From positions 32,001 to 96,000 of IMG/VR virus record IMGVR_UViG_3300050821_017216: a stretch of DNA of 64,000 nt, one strand, 5' to 3'. This document shows positions 52,732-61,273 of this stretch, piece by piece. Within the stretch, counting starts at the first letter, position 1, and each line of letters opens with the position of its first letter. Source of the stretch: a virus. A program made the position numbers and the translations under genes. The notes beneath the pieces were generated by a model. It had not been told where the DNA came from. It did no database searches and was given only the letters and a program-made list of their open reading frames with translations.

Positions 52732-53022
52732 GTGTCGGACGTACCCCTCGCTGACACGTGCGTGTGCGGGGTCCCCTACTGGCACCGGTTCATGGGCCCG
52801 GCGGACGCGCCGACCACCGCCGCCGGTTCCGGGACGACGGGCGCGGCGACGCGTTTCCTCTGGTGCAGGAAGTGCGGCTCGGTCCGCGTCATCTTTGAGG
52901 CGCGCTGGCAGATCCCGCTCGACCGCGCCGGGGAGATCGCGCGAAGCGTGCCGCTCGACGGCGACGACGAGGAGAAGCCCACCAACCCGGGCACGCCGCG
53001 GGCGAAGAAGGGTGACGACTGA
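52732..53022 (+). CDS. Hypothetical protein
   Basis: GGAGG RBS; C.CG...C..CG. Confidence 0.55.
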   Translation: MSDVPLADTCVCGVPYWHRFMGPADAPTTAAGSGTTGAATRFLWCRKCGSVRVIFEARWQIPLDRAGEIARSVPLDGDDEEKPTNPGTPRAKKGDD

Positions 53023-53029
53023 CGGCGCC

Positions 53030-53656
53030 TCAGTAGTCGTCGGTCGGTCGCTGCGCGTACTGCCAGAGCTCCGAGAACTTCGGCCGGACCCACTGGTTCA
53101 GGTTGATCGAGAAGTCCTCCGCGAGCCCGTTGACCCGCACGAGTTGGATGACGTCGTCGAAGTCGCGCGGCCGGTCGGGCGCCGTCATGCCGCTCGCCAA
53201 CTTCAGCTCGATGAGGTGGGTCAGGTCTACGGTCTGCAGGTCGCCGATCGCGATCGACGCGTCCTCGGGGTCAGGAAACCGCACCGGCTTCGGCAAGCCG
53301 TCACCCGGGTAGGCGCCGGTGAGCAGGACGTCGATCTTCACGCCGTTGCGCACGTCGCGCATGTTCTTGGAACCAGGGTAGCGCTCCACCCAGCCGCGAC
53401 CGAGCCAGCGCTCCTTGAACCGCTTGAGGCCGTCCTCGGTCAGGAGGACGTCGACGTCCGAGGTCGTCCGCTGGTGCCCGTGCAGCAGCACCGCCATCGC
53501 GCCGGCGATGGCGTACGGGATCCCGGCTTCGTCGAGCGCCGCCGCGAGGTCGACGGCCGCTCGCTGGACCCTGGACTCGCCCATGAAGAAACGCTCCGCC
53601 TCTGCGAGGCTCGCGAGACCGCGGGATCGCGGAGTCCGGGTCTCGTCGAGCCGCAT
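53030..53656 (-). CDS. Nucleotidyltransferase family protein (DUF6036-like)
   Basis: YAIAGAMAV..HG..RTT.DVDVLL; LIELKLASG...R.RD..DV. Confidence 0.8.
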   Translation of the reverse strand: MRLDETRTPRSRGLASLAEAERFFMGESRVQRAAVDLAAALDEAGIPYAIAGAMAVLLHGHQRTTSDVDVLLTEDGLKRFKERWLGRGWVERYPGSKNMRDVRNGVKIDVLLTGAYPGDGLPKPVRFPDPEDASIAIGDLQTVDLTHLIELKLASGMTAPDRPRDFDDVIQLVRVNGLAEDFSINLNQWVRPKFSELWQYAQRPTDDY

Positions 53657-53663
53657 GGCCGCT

Positions 53664-53722
53664 ATCCTAGCCCCGCAGTGGGTGGAGGTCCACTTGCGGA
53701 TCGCACGATCGCGCGGTACGTT
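53664..53722. promoter_or_regulatory. Divergent leaderless sigma70-like promoter pair
   Basis: Minus: TGGACC-17-TAGGAT-7-ATG(53656); plus: TTGCGG(53694)-17-TACGTT-7-ATG(53730). Confidence 0.6.
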
Positions 53723-53729
53723 GCGCCAG

Positions 53730-53900
53730 ATGTCACGTTCCAGACAAAGCGTCAAACCGCTGACGCTCACGCTCTTCCGGTCACAGCCGGGCGAGTACCT
53801 GCGCGCGGTGGCGCGCGAGGGGAAGCGCTTCGTGCTGACGAAGTCGGGCAAGCCCGTCGCGCTCCTCGTCCCGGTCGACACGCCAAACGGGGTCGACTGA
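53730..53900 (+). CDS. Phd/YefM-family antitoxin
   Basis: FRSQPGEYL..V..EG...VLTKSGKPVALLVP. Confidence 0.8.
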   Translation: MSRSRQSVKPLTLTLFRSQPGEYLRAVAREGKRFVLTKSGKPVALLVPVDTPNGVD

Positions 53901-54166
53901 TGCCCGAGCGCGTCGCTAAGGGTCCGGTGAAGCGGCACCGTCACCACCCCATCATCTGGATGGTCGAGTGGCTGCGCGGCAACGAGGTGCGCTTCTTCTT
54001 CTCCACCGGGCGCATCGTCGAACTGGAACTCCCGGTCGCGTCCGCCAAGAAGGCGAAGGTCGTCGACAAGGGTCTAGGGCTCGACCCGGGTGACGGGATG
54101 GACCTGTGCGCCGTCGAGCTGCACAAGCGGCGCGGCAAGGTCTGGGCCCGCGGGCACTGGACCTGA
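53900..54166 (+). CDS. DUF2442-like protein
   Basis: TGATG coupling; similar to 8033-8281 (FF.TG....LP...V..GLGL..G.G.D). Confidence 0.55.
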   Translation: MPERVAKGPVKRHRHHPIIWMVEWLRGNEVRFFFSTGRIVELELPVASAKKAKVVDKGLGLDPGDGMDLCAVELHKRRGKVWARGHWT

Positions 54167-54172
54167 TCGCGC

Positions 54173-54382
54173 TCAGAGGATCGCGTCGTCGGCCGCGTCG
54201 TCGTACGCGCGCACGCGCCGACCGGACTCGGTTACCCACCACACCTCCTCGCCCGTCTCGTCGGGCGCCCAGTAGCCGTACCCGTGGGCCAGCGCCCAGG
54301 TGAACGCCTCGTGCGAGCACGGCTCGCCCGGTTCGCCGATCTCCTGGAGGACGGCGCGCTGGTCCGGTGTCAGTCGTTGCAT
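54173..54382 (-). CDS. Hypothetical protein
   Basis: Small ORF with GGAGAG-type upstream sequence. Confidence 0.5.
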   Translation of the reverse strand: MQRLTPDQRAVLQEIGEPGEPCSHEAFTWALAHGYGYWAPDETGEEVWWVTESGRRVRAYDDAADDAIL

Positions 54383-54388
54383 GCTCTC

Positions 54389-55009
54389 TTACAGACCAAC
54401 TATCGTTTCAGCCGGAATGACGCTGTTAGATGGTACTTCTATACGCTCTACGCGAAATCCGTGCAGCGCAGCGATACCATTCTTCTTTTCATCGCGAAGA
54501 ATTTGTTCTTTTTTGCGATGGTACGGGCCGTCAAACTCGACCAGTATGCGACTGTCTAATAGTGCCAAGTCAAACACGACACCGTCCAGCTCGTACTCGA
54601 ACTCGTGTGGCCTTTCGCCAATCACCATCACCACTTCCACATACTTACGGGCCTCCCTACGCTTCAAGGCTTCAGCAGGCACTATCAGGTTGGGGATCAT
54701 CATCACGCCGATGCGGTGTAGTTTCTCCTTCGTTTCCGGAGATAACCTCGCGTACTTGCGAGCACATCCTCGCGAGCAGTGGTCTGATGACCGTTTTCTT
54801 CCGGATGACCAAAAGAATTTACCGCATGGGCACACCTTGGGTACTTCTGGCCCTCTCCGCGCCAACGCGTTGCATCTGAGGTTACAGTAGATCGGTCGCC
54901 CAAGCTTGACAGACCGGCGAAACTCTCGCGCGTCCCTGATGACTGTCTGTCCGCAGTGGTTACACGGAACGTGGATTTGGCTCACTATGACTCGAATCAA
55001 TGGGTCCAA
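54389..55009 (-). CDS. Free-standing DUF559/Vsr-like homing endonuclease with Zn fingers
   Basis: CNHC, CNLRC, CPCG, CSRGC; FDLA......VEFDGPYH.....RDEKK...GF.V.R; lower GC than its flanks. Confidence 0.75.
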   Translation of the reverse strand: MDPLIRVIVSQIHVPCNHCGQTVIRDAREFRRSVKLGRPIYCNLRCNALARRGPEVPKVCPCGKFFWSSGRKRSSDHCSRGCARKYARLSPETKEKLHRIGVMMIPNLIVPAEALKRREARKYVEVVMVIGERPHEFEYELDGVVFDLALLDSRILVEFDGPYHRKKEQILRDEKKNGIAALHGFRVERIEVPSNSVIPAETIVGL

Positions 55010-55027
55010 TATCGGACCATCCTAGTT

Positions 55028-55330
55028 TTACCCGAAAAACTGCTCGCGTGTCATCCCGTGGAACCGCTCGTAGTGCGCGGCCCACTCCTCCTCCTCCGCG
55101 CGGGTCATCGATCCGCAGCCGCGACACCCGTTCCAGACGCGCGCCGGGCAGCACTCGAAGGTGTGCTCCCAGCAGCAACAGCCGCAGTGGGCCACCTCGT
55201 CGAGCGTGTCGACGTCACCTTCCCATAGCGCGCGCTCGAGAATGCGGACGAACTCGTCGAGTGGGTGGCCGGCGTGCAAGGCCCACTCGCGGACCAGGTC
55301 GTCGTCGTACTCGGTCAGGAGATCCAGCAC
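55028..55330 (-). CDS. Hypothetical Cys-rich protein
   Basis: CGCCCWEH..ECCPAR.WNGCRG. Confidence 0.55.
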   Translation of the reverse strand: MLDLLTEYDDDLVREWALHAGHPLDEFVRILERALWEGDVDTLDEVAHCGCCCWEHTFECCPARVWNGCRGCGSMTRAEEEEWAAHYERFHGMTREQFFG

Positions 55331-55502
55331 CTCAGACCTCGCACGTGCAGACGTACCCGCACGACCAGCACTCGAGCCACCACCAGACCTCGGCGGCCAT
55401 CCGAGACGTCCTCGCCGCGCGCGTGCGCGAGCGACGCGAAGGACACCGGCGCCGGTCGCGCGCAGCAGGCGCGTACGCGGCAGACCCGCCAGGCGCGCCG
55501 GA

Positions 55503-55751
55503 TCACCAGCCTAGCTCCCGCGCGTACGCCCGCAGCGACGGCTCGAACCGTCCGACCAGCGTCCGCGCCGGTGTCGTGGTCTGCCGCCCGCACCACGGGC
55601 AGCTCCCGTCCCGGGCGAGCAGGGACGCTCGCTCGCGGGTCAGCAGGTTGTCCCAGCCGCGCGCGGTCCGGTTGCCGCACGGTCCGATCACGGTCTCGGC
55701 CTTCTTGCGGCAGCACGGGCAGCGACCGCCGCCCCACTCGTACTCGCTCAT
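55503..55751 (-). CDS. Hypothetical Zn-finger protein
   Basis: CPCC...C...CPWCG. Confidence 0.55.
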   Translation of the reverse strand: MSEYEWGGGRCPCCRKKAETVIGPCGNRTARGWDNLLTRERASLLARDGSCPWCGRQTTTPARTLVGRFEPSLRAYARELGW

Positions 55752-55765
55752 GCCCGAGGCACCAT

Positions 55766-55865
55766 CGCAAGAGCGCGGCCAACCGCACGCTCTAGCGAAT
55801 CCGAGCAGTTACTACCGGCTACCACCGGTCGCCGAGGGAAGGAAGTTTCTCCTTTCGGAAGAAAC
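55766..55865 (-). other. Intergenic cluster of three hairpins (possible structured RNA)
   Basis: Stems at 55845-55865 (GAAA tetraloop on minus), 55814-55829 and 55766-55797. Confidence 0.35.
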
Positions 55866-55875
55866 GTTCTGGAGC

Positions 55876-56004
55876 TCAGGGGATGAGGTGGGTGAGGTAC
55901 GTCAGCGCGCACCGCCAGAGCGGCTTGCCTCGCCCGCGCGCACCGCGCCAGTAGACGAGCGCGTAGCGGTGTCGCGCGTGCCAGGAACCGCCGCCGAAGT
56001 CCAT
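55876..56004 (-). CDS. Small hypothetical ORF
   Basis: ATG coupled (TGATG) to the orphan C-terminal frame. Confidence 0.4.
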   Translation of the reverse strand: MDFGGGSWHARHRYALVYWRGARGRGKPLWRCALTYLTHLIP

Positions 56005-56130
56005 CAGAACGTCGCCACTCCTGCGCCGCTCCAGTTGTACGCAGACCCGCCGAAGCCTGCGGCGCCGCAGGCCGCGTCGAGGTGGGCGGGCGTCGTCGTG
56101 ATGCCGGTGTGGGGTTCCACTAAGGCGCCA
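56004..56130 (-). pseudogene. Orphan C-terminal fragment of a fibre/adhesin paralog
   Basis: Off-frame ALVEPHTGITTTPAHLDAACGAAGFGGSAYNW resembles the C-terminus of 49230-50741 (NPATG...AITLAHLDAAVGAGTGFGGNAYW). Confidence 0.6.
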
Positions 56131-57808
56131 CCGCTCCAGAGTTGCAATACGCACCACCACCGCCCGGGTTGAATATGCAACCGTTTGGAATGGTCGTGCC
56201 GAGCACTGTATCTAGGTTCGATGCAGTTACAGCGCTGTTGCAAGCCGTGATGCCGCCTGCCGCCGCCGGGTTGCCTATACACCCAACGGTGAGGTTGTTC
56301 TCTTTGATGGTCACGCCACCCGCGCCAAAGGCAGCCGCAGCAGCTCCGGCTCCTGTCGGATAGATCGTCTTGCCTACGGTGTTGTAAGTCCCGGTCCCCC
56401 ACAACCTGACCGAGCCTGGGATTCTAGGTAAGGTGAGATTTGCTTTCCAGTCTGCGTTCACCGTTACGTTTGAGTCGATGAAGACCGCACCCATGCTCGG
56501 GCTGTAAAGTGCGTATTGGAACGCCGTACCGCCCATGTTCCCGAAGATCACATCACCGTCAAAAAATGTGTAGTCGGCGATGACATTGAAGCCACCAGAT
56601 CCGACACCGACGATACCACCGATGATCCCGATCGGCTCCGTGTCAAGAGTGATCCCAGACCCTGGAGTAAGCGCGTAGTTCGTCATCGCTCCGGAGAAGT
56701 CGTTGTTCAACCAGACCTGGAACGTCCTAGTCCAGTACCGTTCAACAGTAACGAGTCGAGACGACTGGACGTTTGTATAAACGAGCCCTTGCCCTGTTCC
56801 GCCAACGGTACTAGCGTCACGATTCAATGTCCCACCGCTGATTCGTAGGTTGGACACGGACGATACTGCGGTTGAGATAGATCCGAGCATCGTTGGTGAG
56901 AAGGCTACCAAGTTGATGGAGACTGGACTGTAAACGGTCACGGCGTCTGCGCCGATTGTGACCTCAGTCCCGAAACCGAGAGCGGTGCCAAGCGTATAGC
57001 TAGCGGCGGACGACAGCGGCGTGGACGTGAAGTAGGCCGGCGCTGCGCCATTCACCTCGTACGTCCAGAACCCAGACGGGTTCGTGCTGTCGACGACCAG
57101 ATCGTTGACGGCCGCCGCGCAGGGGAGGGTTACCTTGGTGAGTGTGTTCGTGCCAACGACGAAGTTGGTCACCGCGGACAAGTTTCCGGTACACACCTGC
57201 TGCGCGGCTCCAAGAGATCCTGTAACCGCTATCCATGCGTTGGACTCCAACGCCGGGTACAACGCCACCGGGTCGGTGCTACCAGGTTGGCTGCTGGTAA
57301 ACGTGATCGTGGTGTTCTGCTGGAGACGCGGGCACAAGACCGGGTTTCCGAGGCAACCCCAGCGGTGAACGTTGATCTCTTGCCAAGTCAGGCAAGCGGT
57401 CGACGTCGTGACGCAATCGTTTGAATCGCTCGCGGTACCTGATGCGTTCGCCGGATCGACTATCCATTTCGGTACCGTCCAGCTCGCGGGGATGATCGGC
57501 GTCGACGCGCCCGAAGCCATGAACGTCGCCGGCTTCTTGCCGCTGCACCGCCACTCGCCCGACGGCGATGTGCAGGCCGCCACGACGATCTGGGCCTGCG
57601 TCCGCGTGTCCTTCGGCGCAGGCATGACGATGCTGGACCGCGGCACGCGGAGGAGCACTCGCGACGTCGCGGGCGGCGGATCCAGCTCGGCGATGGGTGC
57701 GGACGCGACTTCAGTGGGTGCCGGTGAGGCCTCGGGCTGCGCCGGAGCGTCACGGCACCCGGCGAGCACAAGGAGGGTGAGGGCGGCGGCGCGTAAGGTC
57801 ATGTTCAT
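56120..57808 (-). CDS. Lipoprotein with fibre/adhesin-like passenger domain
   Basis: Lipobox LAGC; paralog of 57823-59460; 3' part has lower GC. Confidence 0.7.
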   Translation of the reverse strand: MNMTLRAAALTLLVLAGCRDAPAQPEASPAPTEVASAPIAELDPPPATSRVLLRVPRSSIVMPAPKDTRTQAQIVVAACTSPSGEWRCSGKKPATFMASGASTPIIPASWTVPKWIVDPANASGTASDSNDCVTTSTACLTWQEINVHRWGCLGNPVLCPRLQQNTTITFTSSQPGSTDPVALYPALESNAWIAVTGSLGAAQQVCTGNLSAVTNFVVGTNTLTKVTLPCAAAVNDLVVDSTNPSGFWTYEVNGAAPAYFTSTPLSSAASYTLGTALGFGTEVTIGADAVTVYSPVSINLVAFSPTMLGSISTAVSSVSNLRISGGTLNRDASTVGGTGQGLVYTNVQSSRLVTVERYWTRTFQVWLNNDFSGAMTNYALTPGSGITLDTEPIGIIGGIVGVGSGGFNVIADYTFFDGDVIFGNMGGTAFQYALYSPSMGAVFIDSNVTVNADWKANLTLPRIPGSVRLWGTGTYNTVGKTIYPTGAGAAAAAFGAGGVTIKENNLTVGCIGNPAAAGGITACNSAVTASNLDTVLGTTIPNGCIFNPGGGGAYCNSGAVAP

Positions 57809-57822
57809 GGGTCAACCAACCT

Positions 57823-59460
57823 TCAATTGGCGTTGCAGAAACGAGCACCCGTAGCTGGATCCTGAAGGCCGTTGTCGGTGTCGAGGTTCGCAGCTGACAG
57901 CGTGATACCGTCCGTCCACACCCCGGCGCTGTACTTGCTGCCCGTAGTAGCTGCACCGAGCTTCAACGTGCCCGAGGTGAGTAAAGTGGCAGCGAAGCTC
58001 GCTCCGGTGTTTCTAACGAAGGCAGACCCTGGGGCGACGGTAACGGGTATGGATCCCCATAGAGCCGCGGTCGCGCCAGTGCTGGTTGTAATCTGATAGA
58101 CGGCGCCGGTCTGGATGAGCAAGTTGCTCCCGTCGCTGAAGACGGCGGACCATTGATGTTGGGCCGCCTCCATGGTGATACCACCGTGCACAACGACATC
58201 TCCGTCGACTGTCGTCGTCCCGTAGAGCGTCATCGTTCCGCGCAGGATGCCTCCGTAGACGGTGGCGGTCCCCGACAAGACCGCAAACGAGCCTGACACG
58301 TCGCACCCGATAGCTGTCGCTGCGTTTCCTCGGCCGTTGACGGAAGCCATCTGAAGTCGTGGTGCGACAGCGCACGCTGACAGTACGCTGGTGGCGGAGT
58401 CGGACACCGACGCAAACTCCGATGCGGCCGAACCGGACGAGTCCGCGATCTGAAGGAACTGCATCCACCCTGCGGACGGAGCGCCGCTTCCTACATCACC
58501 ACCCTTGGGTCTCCAGACCTTCAGGTTCGAGATCGGCAAGCTCCACACCGTGAACGCGTCGCCCGTCGACATGACCCCCTCTGCCAATGAAGGGATACCT
58601 ACGGTTGTGATGAGGGAGTTGGGGAGAGGTTGACTGATCGTCGCCGTGCCGGTCGTGATGGAGTCGATGAACGCCCACGTGTTCGCGGTCGTGTCTTGGA
58701 GCAGCATCTTGGCCGCCGCCCCCACGCACATGTTGGAGACAGCCCAGCGCGTACCCGGACCGCCGCGGACCTGGGCCGTGACCGTCGCCGTGCTCACCGG
58801 GATCGTACAGACGCTCGTGAGGCTGCCGAGGAGGACCGCCTGCGCCCCGTTCGGCAGGTACGGCTCGAAGAAGATGTAGTCCGTGTTGAGCATCTGCGCG
58901 GACAGCTGGTGGAACGTCGTCGACTGCTGGAGCTGGGGGTTACTCTGCCCGAGCCGGTGGGCCTCGATCTCGCCCCACGTCGCGACGGGCCCGACGCCGC
59001 CCGTGCATACGCTCCCCGAGCACCCGCCCGTGCAGGTGGCCGCCGTGCCGCTGTTCGTGTCGGAGGCGCAGCCGATGGAGTTTGCGGGGTCGAAGTACCA
59101 GTTGGGGACCGTCCACGAGCTCGGGATGACCGGCGCTGACGCTGCGGACGCCTTGGGCTGCGGGATCGCGCAGCGCCACTTCTTGTCCGCGCCGAGGCAC
59201 GCGGCGGCGGCCAGCGCAGCGGGCGACCGCGCGTCCTTGCTCGCGACCGTCGGGCGCGCCGTCGACGCCGCCCACTCCGCGGGCGTGAAGTCGCCGTGCA
59301 CGAGCCCCGTCTCGGGGACGGTCTGGGCGGGTGCGGGCGGCGGGACCGTCGTCGGCGCGGCGTCGACGCGTCCCGCGTCCGGGGTGGACGAGGAGCCGTC
59401 GCACCCGAAGAGCGCGAGGAGACAGAGCCCGACTACCGCTACGTGTCGCTGCAGCATCAC
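57823..59460 (-). CDS. Lipoprotein with fibre/adhesin-like passenger domain
   Basis: Lipobox LFGC; shares P.IP.SWTVP.W..DPAN..G.ASD.N with 56120-57808. Confidence 0.7.
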   Translation of the reverse strand: MMLQRHVAVVGLCLLALFGCDGSSSTPDAGRVDAAPTTVPPPAPAQTVPETGLVHGDFTPAEWAASTARPTVASKDARSPAALAAAACLGADKKWRCAIPQPKASAASAPVIPSSWTVPNWYFDPANSIGCASDTNSGTAATCTGGCSGSVCTGGVGPVATWGEIEAHRLGQSNPQLQQSTTFHQLSAQMLNTDYIFFEPYLPNGAQAVLLGSLTSVCTIPVSTATVTAQVRGGPGTRWAVSNMCVGAAAKMLLQDTTANTWAFIDSITTGTATISQPLPNSLITTVGIPSLAEGVMSTGDAFTVWSLPISNLKVWRPKGGDVGSGAPSAGWMQFLQIADSSGSAASEFASVSDSATSVLSACAVAPRLQMASVNGRGNAATAIGCDVSGSFAVLSGTATVYGGILRGTMTLYGTTTVDGDVVVHGGITMEAAQHQWSAVFSDGSNLLIQTGAVYQITTSTGATAALWGSIPVTVAPGSAFVRNTGASFAATLLTSGTLKLGAATTGSKYSAGVWTDGITLSAANLDTDNGLQDPATGARFCNAN

Positions 59461-59879
59461 ACGATCTCCTTCCAGGTCGGGTTCCCGCCGATCGACCCGA
59501 CGTACATCCAGGTCGCGTTCTGGCCCTGGCCGGCCAGGCTCGTCGTCCCGCTAGGCGCGGTGAAGTTGCCGGGGTTGCCCGGCTCCTCCACCACGAACCC
59601 GCCCGTCGCGGTGACGAGCACGGGGTTCGTGACCGACGCGCCGAGCAGGCTCACGGTCACCTGGTCGCCGACCATGACCCCGCCGCCGGACGGGAGGTCG
59701 ACGGTCGCCTGCGCGCCCGGCGTGGCCACCGTGACGACGTTCCAGCGCGCGGCGGCGAGCACCGTCGTGCTGCCGGCGGCGGCGTTGGTCACTATCACCC
59801 CTATCGCGCCGGGCGCGACCAGCGCGCGCTCCGGGTACGACTCGCGGGTGTATCGCCCTTTACCCATCAGGTAGCTCAT
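59457..59879 (-). CDS. Small beta-rich protein with GKGRY N-terminal tag
   Basis: MSYLMGKGRYTRESYP; V.LP.....GD.VTV...W.Y.G...W tail-fibre-like module. Confidence 0.65.
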   Translation of the reverse strand: MSYLMGKGRYTRESYPERALVAPGAIGVIVTNAAAGSTTVLAAARWNVVTVATPGAQATVDLPSGGGVMVGDQVTVSLLGASVTNPVLVTATGGFVVEEPGNPGNFTAPSGTTSLAGQGQNATWMYVGSIGGNPTWKEIV

Positions 59880-59892
59880 GGTGGTTTTCCTC

Positions 59893-60537
59893 TCAGGTCG
59901 CGTTGCGCATCCAGAACGGTCGGCCGCCGAGTCGGTCGGCGGTCGCGAAGTTGACGTCCACGAGAGTGCCCGCGATGAGCACGTCCTCGGCGATCTGCCG
60001 CATCGCGTACCCGCGCGTCTGGACGTCGGGCACGTCCGACAGGCTGCGCCAGTAGCAGGGGGCGATGAGGCTCGTGAAGAGCTGCCCACCCGTGAGCGGC
60101 ACGTCGTCGCCGATGTACTCGCCCGGCGGTCGTTGCGCCGCTTTGAGCCGGGCCGCCTTCGCGTTCGCGTACGCGATGGTCGCCACGTCACTCCCGCCGA
60201 TCCCCTCGAGATCATCCCACGCGCTCGCGCCGACGAGGTAGCCGGCGGCGCTCGCCTTGGCGACGAAGACCGCAGCGTCGGCGGTCCCGAGCGCGGCCGA
60301 CGGGATCCACCCAGGGTCGCGCACGCGCTGGTAGACCATCAGACCGAGGCCGGCCGCCATGAAGTCGGCGACCTCTCGCGCGGTGAGGTCGCTCGGGTCC
60401 GGCGCGCCGTCGCAGGTGACGGTGCGGATGCCGCCCTGGAACCCCACGACGCGGAGCGCGAGGAGCGTCGCGAGCGTGCACGGCGCGTCCGTGTCGAAGA
60501 GGAGCGCGTCGGGGACGGGTTCGACGATCGGGTTCAC
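59893..60537 (-). CDS. DUF1906 (Rv2525c-like/GH25-like) peptidoglycan hydrolase, candidate endolysin
   Basis: LFDTD....., IRT......LT..EV..F..AGLGLMVYQ, D.E, PG.Y.G, VDVN. Confidence 0.7.
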   Translation of the reverse strand: MNPIVEPVPDALLFDTDAPCTLATLLALRVVGFQGGIRTVTCDGAPDPSDLTAREVADFMAAGLGLMVYQRVRDPGWIPSAALGTADAAVFVAKASAAGYLVGASAWDDLEGIGGSDVATIAYANAKAARLKAAQRPPGEYIGDDVPLTGGQLFTSLIAPCYWRSLSDVPDVQTRGYAMRQIAEDVLIAGTLVDVNFATADRLGGRPFWMRNAT

Positions 60538-60544
60538 TGGTGCC

Positions 60545-61273
60545 TCATGGCTGCGTTAGCGTCGCGCTCCAGCAGAGGAGCGTCACGTCGGCGGTCGTGT
60601 TCGGCCAGACACCGAAGCCTACGTTTGATGGCAGGTTGGCGAAGATGCCGCCGATCGGGGTGGGAGGCTCGCTGAAGAGCCACGAGACGCCGTCGACGGA
60701 GTACGACACTGAGAAGTTCGTCCCGTCGTACTCCGCGCGCAGGAGCGTCGGCGCGCCCGGCGTGATGTAGGCGAAGAGAGCGTCCGCGATGGGTGTCGTC
60801 GGACTGCTGAGGATGGTCTCCGCGCCACCCGCGAAGAACCCGTTCGCGGTCTTCGACGCGGTGGCCCCCGTCGTGAAGATGTGCCCGCTCACTGGGTCGC
60901 GCACCTCGATCCCGGTGAAAGGACCGCCGGTGTTCGTCGCGCCGAACGAGAACCCAGCCGTGAGCCCCAGCGTGAACGTCCACGGGTCGGCCGGCGTCTC
61001 GATCGAGATCTCCTGCGCCTGCCAGGCCGTGACGCCGGCCGGCGCCAGGATCAGCACGCCGCCGTCGCCTGACGGTCCGACGTCCGTGAAAGTGGGGGCG
61101 GTCGCCTGGCTGCCCTGTCGGGTGAAGTTGAGCGGCGTCCAGTCGGCGGCGACCGGCGGCGGGGTCCGCGTGAAGAACGGCCCGAACGGCCAGCCCGCGC
61201 CGCCGCCCGAATTGCTGGGCGCGCTCGGGTACGTCTCGCTCGCATAGCGCCCTCGGCCGATGACGCGGCTCAC
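60545..61273 (-). CDS. ConA/lectin-like protein with GRGRY N-terminal tag
   Basis: GTG start, (M)SRVIGRGRYASETYP; LRAEYDGTNFSVSYSVDGVSW. Confidence 0.65.
   Translation of the reverse strand: MSRVIGRGRYASETYPSAPSNSGGGAGWPFGPFFTRTPPPVAADWTPLNFTRQGSQATAPTFTDVGPSGDGGVLILAPAGVTAWQAQEISIETPADPWTFTLGLTAGFSFGATNTGGPFTGIEVRDPVSGHIFTTGATASKTANGFFAGGAETILSSPTTPIADALFAYITPGAPTLLRAEYDGTNFSVSYSVDGVSWLFSEPPTPIGGIFANLPSNVGFGVWPNTTADVTLLCWSATLTQP

Noticed and set aside
55766-55870. c-di-GMP-I riboswitch
   Set aside because: Has a GAAA-capped stem and a GGTAGC-like segment but lacks the GCAAA/GACGCAAA junction motifs.
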